DNA of 64,000 bases from Thermoanaerobaculia bacterium (GTDB taxonomy: Bacteria > Acidobacteriota > Thermoanaerobaculia > Gp7-AA8): the NCBI GenBank assembly GCA_044866315.1, contig JBIOTX010000299.1, positions 163 through 64,162 of the forward strand, in the 5' to 3' direction. How positions within the stretch are numbered: the first letter of the stretch is position 1; every line of letters starts with the position of its first letter. Positions 1-8,301 of this stretch are shown one piece after another. The notes under the pieces are model-generated. The model was not told the origin of the DNA, did not search any database, and saw nothing but the letters and a program-made list of their open reading frames with translations. A program made the translations under genes and the position numbers.

Positions 1-82
1 TCGCGTGATTCGATAAATTCCCCACACGTAGCCGACATCTACGCTCATTGCTGGCCGGATCTTGGCGCGCATAGGAGGTTCT

Positions 83-1984
83 ATGCGAATCACGGTTCGA
101 GCTCTCGTTGGACTGTTGTTCTCATTCCTGGGCATTTCGACGGCGCTTGCAGCAGCAGCCGATATCGGTGACCGACCGATGGCACTCCTGCCGCTGCCCG
201 ATCCGACCGCCGAGCGTGTCGTGTTGCGTGGGGCTGCCCTGCGTACGGCGAGCGCGGTTCTGGCCGGGCGCGGCATCGACGGAGTTGCGGCGCAGCCGCT
301 CGTCGATGATGCCGGTCGCGAGCTCGCCTGGAAGCTCGTGCGCCGTCACGTCGACGACGAAGGCGGCATTCATGCGTTCTACCGTCAGCATCTCCTGGGC
401 AACGGGCTCGATGCCGAGGTTTACGGCTCGGAGGTCGGAGCGCACTACACCGCGGACAACGCGCTGCGCTGGGTGAGCGGCACTCAGTACCGTGAAGTGA
501 ATGTCGCGAACAGCGGGGTGTCCCTCGACCGTGACGGCGCAGTCGAAGCCGCAGCGTATCGGCTCATGGCCCGCAATCAGGTGCGGGTGCGTCATCTGTC
601 GGAGATGTCCGCCGATCTGCGCAAACGCGCAGTGGACGCGGCGAAACTGATGCTGGTCGAGCGCGGCGGCGTGTTTCGTTACCACTATTTCGTGGTGGTG
701 AGCGACATCCACGACGCCGGCTATCAGGTCGTACTCGATGCCGACACCGAGGCAATCGTCGCGGTGACGGAGACGAATCCCGGGAACAACTGCACGCCTA
801 CCGCGCCGGTATCGGCAGTCAGCGCCACTGGCACGCCGGTGCGCACGGGTCTTCCGGCGCGCGCGCTGAAGGCCAATCCCGCCGCCGACAAGCCTGCACC
901 GTTCACGCACGAGGGGTACTGGCTCGCCACGCCGAGCAAAGTCGTTTATCAGCAGACCTCCGGCAATGGCGGCCTCTGGATGTGCAATCCCAATCTCTCC
1001 TACTCGTGGACGATCTTCCCCGTGCGCACGGAAAACGGCGTGCCGGTTTACAAGGAGTGGGCCGACCAGCCGGCGTGGCGCGGTTCCGCCGCGGGAGACG
1101 CGCTTCACCACACCAACCTGACCATGGCCGCGCTCAACGCCATGGGCCGTAAGGGATGGGACGGGAACTACGGCGAAGCGCGGATCATCATCGAATCCAG
1201 GGCCCCGTTCCAGGACTCGGCCCAATACAACCAGAACCTCACCAGCATCGCCCCTGCAAATGCTGTCATGCTCGGGAGACCGCTGCGGATGTACCCCGCT
1301 TCGTCGTCACTCGACTGGGTGGCGCACGAATTCGGGCATGGCGTCGTCCATACCTCGGCGGACTTTCCGTACACCGGCGTCGGCGCCGAGTTGAATGAAG
1401 GGTTTGCGGACGTGATCGGGCATCTCGTCGAGATGCGTAGTCACCCCGGCGGTACCGGCCTTGAAAAATTCGACTGGCTGATGCACGAGGACGCTGCCGT
1501 CAGCGGCTACGCGCGCGGCGCGGTCGACGACGGCGCGAGCCACACGTGGGTCGGTCCGGTCACATATAACGGCACGAACTTTTATACGTTCAACGACCTG
1601 CTGCACAAGGACGATACGCCTACCACCTCGACGACCATCCATTCGCACGCAAATAAGCTCAGCGTGGTGTATCGGCTCCTTACCATGGGCGGCACGAACC
1701 CCGTGTGCACGCGTCTGCCGAATCTCAGCGGTTGCGGGACGACCGTGGACGGACTCGGCTCCACCAAGGCGAGCAAGATCCTTTTCAACGCGCTCCAGTT
1801 CTACCTCACCTCGTTCGCGACGTGGGACAGCCTCGCGGATTTGGTCGCTTATGCGGCATTCAACGAATACGACAAATGCTGGGCCGATCCTTTCTGGAAT
1901 GCGTCCATCGAGCAGCAGGCGGTGTTCGACGCTTTCACCGCCATCGGACATCCCGGCTCCGGACGGCTGTACGAGTGCTTCTGA
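83..1984 (+). CDS. Secreted thermolysin-like (M4 family) zinc metallopeptidase
   Basis: Lies in ORF 62..1984. ATG at 83 follows AGGAGG (73-78). Signal peptide MRITVRALVGLLFSFLGISTALAAAA. Zinc site VAHEFGHGVVH is followed about 20 aa later by NEGFADV (HExxH plus NExxxD third ligand, the thermolysin pattern). Confidence 0.85.
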   Translation: MRITVRALVGLLFSFLGISTALAAAADIGDRPMALLPLPDPTAERVVLRGAALRTASAVLAGRGIDGVAAQPLVDDAGRELAWKLVRRHVDDEGGIHAFYRQHLLGNGLDAEVYGSEVGAHYTADNALRWVSGTQYREVNVANSGVSLDRDGAVEAAAYRLMARNQVRVRHLSEMSADLRKRAVDAAKLMLVERGGVFRYHYFVVVSDIHDAGYQVVLDADTEAIVAVTETNPGNNCTPTAPVSAVSATGTPVRTGLPARALKANPAADKPAPFTHEGYWLATPSKVVYQQTSGNGGLWMCNPNLSYSWTIFPVRTENGVPVYKEWADQPAWRGSAAGDALHHTNLTMAALNAMGRKGWDGNYGEARIIIESRAPFQDSAQYNQNLTSIAPANAVMLGRPLRMYPASSSLDWVAHEFGHGVVHTSADFPYTGVGAELNEGFADVIGHLVEMRSHPGGTGLEKFDWLMHEDAAVSGYARGAVDDGASHTWVGPVTYNGTNFYTFNDLLHKDDTPTTSTTIHSHANKLSVVYRLLTMGGTNPVCTRLPNLSGCGTTVDGLGSTKASKILFNALQFYLTSFATWDSLADLVAYAAFNEYDKCWADPFWNASIEQQAVFDAFTAIGHPGSGRLYECF

Positions 1985-2005
1985 CCTGATCCGACGCCCA
2001 CATCC

Positions 2006-2028
2006 GGGGGAGGGATTTTCCCTCCCTC
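2006..2028 (+). terminator. Putative hairpin downstream of the M4 peptidase gene
   Basis: GGGAGGG-ATTTT-CCCTCCC stem-loop about 20 nt after the stop at 1984. No clear T-tract follows. Confidence 0.35.
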
Positions 2029-2043
2029 GCGACTCCTGCTCCA

Positions 2044-3150
2044 GTGAACGAACCAGACTTGTACGTCGCGCTCGTAAATATGAGTAGGATAGGCGTGTCG
2101 AGGCCACATCCCGTAGACAGCTCGCGCCTCCTCCGCCCCGCACGCTTCACATCGACCGCGGATGCCTCGCTCCTGCGCGACCGCGCACTGCCGCTGCCTT
2201 ACGACCGCGACTCCCTCGCGCCCGGAGCCGCACTGCCGACGCGGGACGTGAAGTTCCTACTCGCGCTGCTCGCGGCCCGCTCGATTCACTTCGATGACCG
2301 CGGGACGAGTCTGGGGGACGCGCTCCTGGCGCTGTCGCATCTCCAGGCGCTCCGGGACGCCGCGTCGCTGTTCGGTCTGCGATTGCCGGTGACCGCGTCG
2401 CCGAGAATGGCGGGGCTTCTGAACCTGCCTGCCACCACCCAGCCGCCGCCTCGGGCCCTGCGGATCAGGCCGATGATCGACCCGCCCGCGGTTCGCACGG
2501 CGACGCAGACTCACGCCGATCTGCCGGCGCGGCGTTATCTGGCCGTGGAGCGGCGCCTCGGGCTCCGCTTGCCGAGAAACCGGGGATTCCTGCCGGCGTT
2601 GTCCAGTCGCTCGGACGATCACGGTCCACCGCTCATCTGTTATATCGCCGCGTCGGCGTGGTCCCGGAAGAAGAACTACGGCGCTCGCGGCTACGCACTG
2701 GTTGCACGATCGATCGACGCGATCGTCGGCCGCGGATTCGATCACGTGTTGGTTCAAGGTGTGGATGACGTGAAGCGACCGCCCGCTCCGCTCCGATTGT
2801 CCAACGACCAGCATGACCTCGCGGCTCTGCTCGAGCTCTTCGCCCGGGCGACCCTGGTCATCGGCAACGACACGGGCCTGCTTCACGCCGCGGCGATGAC
2901 GAAGTCCGACACGCGCCTCGGGGTGATCGGTATCTACGGCCGACACTCGTACTTTCGCTACACGACGGGCGATCCACGCCACTACGCGATCGCCACGCCC
3001 TTCGCCCAGGCCATGGCCTTCTCCGATGGCAGTCCGCAGCGCGATCGGATCGCCGACGAGTGGTACCCGCGCGCTGCAGGCATTCGCCGAATCCCACCGA
3101 AATTCATCGCCGAGTGCGCGGTGCGTGTGCTTGCGGGCGCAGTGAAGTGA
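2044..3150 (+). CDS. Glycosyltransferase family 9 (heptosyltransferase)-like protein; only the C-terminal half is recognisable
   Basis: GTG-initiated ORF. The C-terminal part carries LVIGNDTGLLHAAAM, the GT9 nucleotide-sugar binding signature (GNDSGxxHLAAA type). The N-terminal ~170 aa is R/P/L/A-rich with no recognisable GT9 N-domain, so the start is uncertain. Confidence 0.45.
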   Translation: MNEPDLYVALVNMSRIGVSRPHPVDSSRLLRPARFTSTADASLLRDRALPLPYDRDSLAPGAALPTRDVKFLLALLAARSIHFDDRGTSLGDALLALSHLQALRDAASLFGLRLPVTASPRMAGLLNLPATTQPPPRALRIRPMIDPPAVRTATQTHADLPARRYLAVERRLGLRLPRNRGFLPALSSRSDDHGPPLICYIAASAWSRKKNYGARGYALVARSIDAIVGRGFDHVLVQGVDDVKRPPAPLRLSNDQHDLAALLELFARATLVIGNDTGLLHAAAMTKSDTRLGVIGIYGRHSYFRYTTGDPRHYAIATPFAQAMAFSDGSPQRDRIADEWYPRAAGIRRIPPKFIAECAVRVLAGAVK

Positions 3151-3166
3151 CCGGTACAGTTCCCCC

Positions 3167-3880
3167 ATGATCATTTCCGTCGCCAACCAGACCCACGGCG
3201 AGATCTCCGATCCCGACCTGCTCGCCGCCATTCGCGTCATCAATCGCCAGATTGCGGAAGACTTTGTGCCGTACTGGAACATGCCGGCGACGCTGCGGCT
3301 GGAGGGGACGCTGCTCGAGCAGCCGCGGGCGAATGCCGCGACGCTGTTCCGCGGGGATGCGATCCTCTACGTTTCGTCCTCGACCGGGAAAGACGACCCG
3401 GAAGGGTTCCACGACCGGAACTTCCGCGGGGTTCCCTACGGCGTGGTCTACTCCAAGATCAGCGAGCAGACGGGGGATCCGTGGTCGGTGACGTTCTCCC
3501 ATGAGGCGCTCGAGCTGGTCGCCGATCCGCAGGGCAACAACTACGTCATGGGGCCCAGTCCCCACAACCCGCGGAAGAAGGTGTTCTTCTGGTTCGAGAT
3601 GTGCGATGCCGTGTCGTCGCAGACCTACGAGATCGACGGGATCGCCCTGCAGAGTTTTCTTCTCCCCGCGTACTTCGAGCCTCCGGTTCCCGGCGCACGC
3701 ACGAACTTCCTCGGGATCGATCTCGAGCCGTTCGGAATCGCACCGGAAAGCTACCTCGGCTACTACGATCCCGAGAAGAAAAGCCAGGAGACGGCCCACG
3801 CCGACACGAGGGGGAAGGCCCGCCACGAGATCCGGCAGAAGTTCGGCCACACGCGCTCGCATCGCCGCAGCAAAAGCTAG
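3167..3880 (+). CDS. Hypothetical cytoplasmic protein with SHEALELVADP motif and a basic C-terminal tail
   Basis: ATG at 3167, 237 aa, no signal peptide. Coding-like composition in a single frame. I recognise no family. HEALE..DP motif near the middle. Confidence 0.6.
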   Translation: MIISVANQTHGEISDPDLLAAIRVINRQIAEDFVPYWNMPATLRLEGTLLEQPRANAATLFRGDAILYVSSSTGKDDPEGFHDRNFRGVPYGVVYSKISEQTGDPWSVTFSHEALELVADPQGNNYVMGPSPHNPRKKVFFWFEMCDAVSSQTYEIDGIALQSFLLPAYFEPPVPGARTNFLGIDLEPFGIAPESYLGYYDPEKKSQETAHADTRGKARHEIRQKFGHTRSHRRSKS

Positions 3881-3883
3881 GGA

Positions 3884-3913
3884 AGAACGGGGAGGGCCTG
3901 CCCTCCCCGTTCT
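3884..3913. terminator. Bidirectional hairpin between convergent genes
   Basis: AGAACGGGGAGGG-CCTG-CCCTCCCCGTTCT, a perfect 13-bp stem between the stop at 3880 (+) and the stop at 3935 (-). Confidence 0.6.
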
Positions 3914-3934
3914 CCGGACAACCGCTCGCGCGAG

Positions 3935-4510
3935 CTACTGCGTCTTCTGCCAGAAGGCCACGTAGTCGATGTAGGCAAAGGTCGACGTGGAGGCGAAGTT
4001 GCCTTCGAAGCGGATCTGGATCGCCTTGTTCTTCCAGCCGGGATTCGTGTAGCTGTAGGTCTTTTTCTGGCACGAGGTGTTGCTGGTGATCGTGTCGATG
4101 AGGTTCCAGGTGGAGGGGACCGTGGAGGTGTCGATGATGTACACGTTCACCGTATCCCCGGCCGACATGTTGGTCGTTTCGATGAAGTACGAAACGTCGT
4201 AGATGTCGAGGTAGCTGTTGGACGTCTGGAAGGTCTGGGCAATGGTGCCGCCGGAGGCGTACTGGTTGCGGCCGATGTATCCCACGTTGTTTCCACTCCA
4301 GCCGCACATGGCGTTCGTGGTCACGCCGGCGGTTCCGGAAAAGCCCCAGTTCGTGCAGCTGTTGCTGAAGGTCTCGTCGGCGATGTGCTGGTACCACGGA
4401 CAGTTGAACAACGAGCAGAGATAGCCGCTGCACTGGGCCTGGGCGGTGGGGACGAAGGCGAACAGCGACAGCGTGAGGACTACCAGTGCAGCAAGAAATG
4501 CGCGTTTCAT
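3935..4510 (-). CDS. Small secreted Cys-containing, S/T/N-rich protein (possible jelly-roll / carbohydrate-binding-like fold); orphan
   Basis: Internal ATG at 4510 of ORF 3935..4690, preceded by AGGAG. Signal peptide MKRAFLAALVVLTLSLFAFVPTAQA. Mature protein has 6 Cys, is poor in charged residues and rich in S/T/N/Y. G+C is visibly lower than in flanking genes. Confidence 0.7.
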   Translation of the reverse strand: MKRAFLAALVVLTLSLFAFVPTAQAQCSGYLCSLFNCPWYQHIADETFSNSCTNWGFSGTAGVTTNAMCGWSGNNVGYIGRNQYASGGTIAQTFQTSNSYLDIYDVSYFIETTNMSAGDTVNVYIIDTSTVPSTWNLIDTITSNTSCQKKTYSYTNPGWKNKAIQIRFEGNFASTSTFAYIDYVAFWQKTQ

Positions 4511-4652
4511 GGAATCTCCTGTATTTGGATTTGGTGAAGCGGTGCGGATTCTATGGACGCCCAATTTCGGAATATAGAGACATTTTTTGACGTCACTCCG
4601 CCGCTTTTCCCCGAGGAATTCGCCTCCGACAGCGAGCCGTTGAGGAACCGCG

Positions 4653-4955
4653 ATGGACAACCAGCAGCAACAGCCGACGATCCGCATCACGCTCGACGAT
4701 CAGGTGGCGCAGGGGGAGTACGTCAACTTCGCCAACATCATTCACTCGCAGAGCGAGTTCGTGATCGACCTCGGCCGGGTGGTGCCGGGACGGCCGGACG
4801 TGAAGATCTACAGCCGGGTGATCCTCACGCCGCTGCACGCCAAGCAGCTCCTCGAGGCCCTCGGCCACAACATCTCCCTCTTCGAGCAGAAGTTCGGCGA
4901 GATCCGCGCGGGTGAGGCGGGCTCGCAGTTCACGCTCAACGAACCGTCGAATTAA
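4653..4955 (+). CDS. DUF3467-like small protein
   Basis: ATG at 4653 with GAGGA upstream, 100 aa. The segment YVNFANIIHSQSEFVIDLGRV matches my memory of the DUF3467 core. Confidence 0.7.
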   Translation: MDNQQQQPTIRITLDDQVAQGEYVNFANIIHSQSEFVIDLGRVVPGRPDVKIYSRVILTPLHAKQLLEALGHNISLFEQKFGEIRAGEAGSQFTLNEPSN

Positions 4956-4959
4956 TCCC

Positions 4960-6285
4960 GTGGCTCGCATCCGGATCATCGGCGCCGGCCTGGCCGGCAG
5001 TGAATGCGCCTTCGGCCTCGCCCGGCTCGGACACTCCGTGGACCTGCACGAGATGCGGCCGGTGAGGTCGACGCCCGCGCACGCGACGTCGAACCTCGCG
5101 GAGCTGGTGTGCTCGAACTCGTTCCGCTCCTCCGCGCCGACGAACGCCGTCGGCCTGCTCAAGCAGGAGATGGCGCTCATGGAGTCGCTGGTCATCCGCT
5201 GCGGGGAGGAGGCGCGCGTGCCCGCCGGCGACGCCTTCGCCGTCGATCGCGATCGCTTCTCCGCGGCAGTCACGAAGGCGATCGAGAGCGAGCCGAACAT
5301 CACCCTCCACCGCGGCGAGGTCACCTCGCTGGACCGCGGCGATCACGACTTTCTCGTCGTCGCCACCGGCCCGCTGACGAGCGACCCGCTCTTCGACGCC
5401 ATCAACGAGTTTCTCGGCCGCGACGGCCTGTACTTCTACGACGCCATCGCTCCGATCGTGGCCGCGGACTCGCTCGACTTTTCCAAGCTGTACTGGAAGT
5501 CGCGCTACGGCAAGGGCTCGGCGACGGACTACCTGAACGCTCCGATGAGCCGCGAGCAGTACGAGGCGTTCGTGGCCGCGCTGCTGTCCGCGGAGCTCTT
5601 CGCGCCGCACGACTTCGAGAAGGCGGTGCACTTCGAGGGCTGCCTGCCGGTCGAGGAGATCGCCAGCCGCGGGATCGACACGCTGCGCTTCGGACCGATG
5701 AAGCCGGTCGGCCTGGAGCACCCCGAGACCGGCGAGCGCCCGCACGCGGTGGTGCAGCTGCGGAAGGAAGACCTGTCCGACGAATACTTCAACCTCGTCG
5801 GCTTCCAGACCAAGATGCGCGTGCCGGAGCAGAAGCGGGTGATCCAGATGATCCCCGGCCTCGAGAACGCGACCTTCGCCCGCTTCGGCTCGATGCACCG
5901 CAACACGTTCATCAACGGTCCGAAGCACCTGAGGCCCACGTTCCAGACCAAGCGCGACGAGCGGATCTTCTTCGCCGGCCAGATCACCGGCGTCGAAGGC
6001 TACGTCGAGTCATCGGCGGTGGGCCTGCTCGTGGCCCGCTACATCGACGAGCTCACGCGCACCGGCGCCGCCACCCCCCTCCCGTATCACACCGCCCTCG
6101 GCGCCCTCGGCCGGCACGTGGCCGAGTCGTCGCCCGATCGCTACCAGCCGTCGAACGTGACCTGGGCGCTGATCGAGGACGTCGTCGGCCGCGTGCGCAA
6201 GATCGAGAAGCGGGAGCGGCAGGTGGCGAGGGCGATCGCGGAGATCACATCGCGAATCGAATCCCCAGCACCGCCCGCCGCCTAG
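4960..6285 (+). CDS. trmFO: Methylenetetrahydrofolate--tRNA-(uracil-5-)-methyltransferase TrmFO
   Basis: GTG at 4960 within ORF 4912..6285. N-terminal FAD fold IRIIGAGLAGSECAF. Length and conserved blocks (LVCSNSFR, GQITGVEGYVES) are typical of TrmFO/Gid. Confidence 0.9.
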   Translation: MARIRIIGAGLAGSECAFGLARLGHSVDLHEMRPVRSTPAHATSNLAELVCSNSFRSSAPTNAVGLLKQEMALMESLVIRCGEEARVPAGDAFAVDRDRFSAAVTKAIESEPNITLHRGEVTSLDRGDHDFLVVATGPLTSDPLFDAINEFLGRDGLYFYDAIAPIVAADSLDFSKLYWKSRYGKGSATDYLNAPMSREQYEAFVAALLSAELFAPHDFEKAVHFEGCLPVEEIASRGIDTLRFGPMKPVGLEHPETGERPHAVVQLRKEDLSDEYFNLVGFQTKMRVPEQKRVIQMIPGLENATFARFGSMHRNTFINGPKHLRPTFQTKRDERIFFAGQITGVEGYVESSAVGLLVARYIDELTRTGAATPLPYHTALGALGRHVAESSPDRYQPSNVTWALIEDVVGRVRKIEKRERQVARAIAEITSRIESPAPPAA

Positions 6286-8056
6286 GCGACGGGTAGCCGC
6301 GTACCTCCTCGTACTCCGCATTGGTGAGGTTCTCGATCTTCACGTACGGCGTGAAGCGCGCGAGGCGGTACTGCACCGTCGCGTCCAGAGTGGTGTGCGA
6401 TCCGTTCGTGATCCGCGAGAACGGGAGCACGGGGAGGATGTCCTCGCGCGCGCCGGTGCGGAGGAGAACGAGGCTCGCGTCCATCGCGCCGTCGCGCCAG
6501 GCCAGGAAGGCGGAGCCGGAGTGGCGCGGGCGGCGGAGAAGCTCCAGACCGCTGCCGAGCTGCTCGGTGTCGAGGTAGGTGTAGGTGATGCCGCCGAGGA
6601 GGCCGGAGGCGATGGGACTCTGCACGGAGAGCTCCGCGCCGCGCGAGCGCGCGCGGCCGACGTTCGCGAAGACGAAGCCGGCGTTGGTGATCAGGTCGCG
6701 ATAGCTGTCCCGGAAGAAGGTGAGCGACGCGCTGCCCTCGCCGAAGGAGCGGTCGTAGCCGACCTCGATGCTCCGGCTGCGCTCCGCGCGCAGGTCGGGA
6801 TTGCCACCGAAGGGCGAGAACATCTCGCCGACGGACGGCGCGCGGAAAGCCTGACCGTACGCCGCGCGGAACTTGTGACCGCCGCGGATCCACGCCGCCG
6901 CCACGCGCGGCGAGGTCTCGCTGCCGAACGTCTCGTAGCGGTCGTGGCGGACGCCCGCGGCGATCTCGATCCGCGTGCCGGGACGGAGCTCGCGCGAGAA
7001 GCGGTCTTCGATGAACAGCGAGCGCTCGCTGCGGCGCTTATCGACGAAGTTCGGTCCGAAGTTCGTGACGTCGTCGACGGTCGTGCGCTCGTACTCGCCG
7101 CCGGCGACGATCGTGCCGATCGCCGTCTTCGTGCGCGTGGTCAGCCTCGCGCGGCGCGTGGTCGCGTCGGTCGTCTGGAAGAGCAGACCGAACGGCTCGT
7201 CGGGATCGGCGAGTGTGTCCTCGCGGCGCGTCTGGGCGAACGTCAGGTCATAGCTGAAGCGGCCGAGGGTCTGCTCGATGGGAAGGGCGAGCTGGCGCTC
7301 CTCGCCGTCCTGGCGGCGGCGGGGGCTGGCCACCAGCGCATCCAGCGTGGCGTTGAGATTCGTCGGGATGCCGAGGTCGTAGGACATCCAGCGTCCCGTC
7401 AGGCCGAAGGACAGGCCGTTCGCGGCGCGCCAGCGGAGGGCGACGTTCGCGCTCTCCTCGTCGAAGTCGTCGTTCGAGGCGAAGCCGTCGTCCGCGCGCG
7501 ACTCGAACGACGCGCTGAGCGTCGTCGCCGTCGTCACGCGCGTGGCCTCGACCTTCGCGTTGCGCAGGCCGTTGCCTCCCGCCTCGAGCGCGGCGCGCAG
7601 GCCGCTCTTCGCCGGAATGGTGAGGATGTTCACCACGCCCGCGACGGCGTCAGAGCCGTAGAGCGCGGAGTACGGGCCGCGCACGACTTCGACCTGTTCC
7701 ACGCCCGCGGTCGAAAACTGGCCCCAGTCGTAGCCGCCGAAGAAGGGGTTGTTGATCTCGATGCCGTTCCAGAGCACGAGCGTGTGCGCGCTGTTCGACC
7801 CGCGGGTGAAGAGCGAGGTCTGGTGCCCGGACGACCCGGCGCGGGCGACGGTGAGGCCGGGCACCTCGCGCAGCACGTCGGCGACGTCGCGCGCGGCGCG
7901 CGCCTCGATCTCGTCGCGCGTGATCACCGTGACCGCAGCCGGCGTGTCCTCGACCTCCTCGGGCAAGGCCGTGGCGGTGACGACGATCTCGTCCTGCAGT
8001 TGGGCAGAGGCGGGAATGCTTGCGATAAGGAGAACCGCGAAAAGGAAATGCTTCAT
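6245..8056 (-). CDS. btuB: TonB-dependent outer-membrane receptor, BtuB-like (cobalamin/corrinoid uptake)
   Basis: Signal peptide MKHFLFAVLLIASIPASA. Plug domain DEIVVTA...TVITRDEI...DVLREVPGL. About 600 aa beta-barrel. A cobalamin riboswitch lies immediately upstream. Confidence 0.85.
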   Translation of the reverse strand: MKHFLFAVLLIASIPASAQLQDEIVVTATALPEEVEDTPAAVTVITRDEIEARAARDVADVLREVPGLTVARAGSSGHQTSLFTRGSNSAHTLVLWNGIEINNPFFGGYDWGQFSTAGVEQVEVVRGPYSALYGSDAVAGVVNILTIPAKSGLRAALEAGGNGLRNAKVEATRVTTATTLSASFESRADDGFASNDDFDEESANVALRWRAANGLSFGLTGRWMSYDLGIPTNLNATLDALVASPRRRQDGEERQLALPIEQTLGRFSYDLTFAQTRREDTLADPDEPFGLLFQTTDATTRRARLTTRTKTAIGTIVAGGEYERTTVDDVTNFGPNFVDKRRSERSLFIEDRFSRELRPGTRIEIAAGVRHDRYETFGSETSPRVAAAWIRGGHKFRAAYGQAFRAPSVGEMFSPFGGNPDLRAERSRSIEVGYDRSFGEGSASLTFFRDSYRDLITNAGFVFANVGRARSRGAELSVQSPIASGLLGGITYTYLDTEQLGSGLELLRRPRHSGSAFLAWRDGAMDASLVLLRTGAREDILPVLPFSRITNGSHTTLDATVQYRLARFTPYVKIENLTNAEYEEVRGYPSPRRRAVLGIRFAM

Positions 8057-8084
8057 GACGACTCCTTCCCTCCGAAGAAGGCCG

Positions 8085-8255
8085 ATCAGTGGTGTGCTGT
8101 CCTTCGAGGCCGGTCTCCTGGCTTCCGGGTCGTCCTTCCCGCGCTCCCTTCCCGCTGGAATGCAGTGGGGGCCGTCAGGCCAAAGCGCGAGTCGTCGCCG
8201 GTTACAGTGGCGGGGGCCGCGCCGGTATCACACCGGCTTCCCGTTCACCTCGTCG
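8085..8255 (-). promoter_or_regulatory. Cobalamin (B12) riboswitch in the 5' leader of the TonB-dependent receptor
   Basis: The minus strand reads GGTGAACGGGAAGCCGGTGTGATACCGGCGCGGCCCCCGCCACTGTAACCGG ... GGGAAGG ... AGCCAGGAGACCGGCC. These are the conserved core and the B12 box (plus-strand 8108-8125). GGAGGGAAGGAG RBS and the ATG at 8056 follow. Confidence 0.85.
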
Positions 8256-8267
8256 GACGCTGGTTGG

Positions 8268-8300
8268 AAAAGAACAGGCGGCGGATTTTACACCCGCCGC
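8268..8300 (-). terminator. Rho-independent-type terminator after the amidohydrolase operon
   Basis: The minus strand reads GGCGGCGG-GTGTAAAAT-CCGCCGCC followed by TGTTCTTTTCC, directly after the stop at 8302. Confidence 0.6.
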
Positions 8301-8301
8301 C

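Noticed and set aside
4071-4090. Sigma-54 -24/-12 promoter-like matches (TGGCAC ... TTGC); other TGGCAC hits near 177, 826, 19676 and 51134
   Set aside because: Spacing between the GG and GC elements is off by at least one nucleotide, or the hits lie inside CDSs on the wrong strand. None sits upstream of a gene start, so no target promoter for the activator is identifiable in this window.
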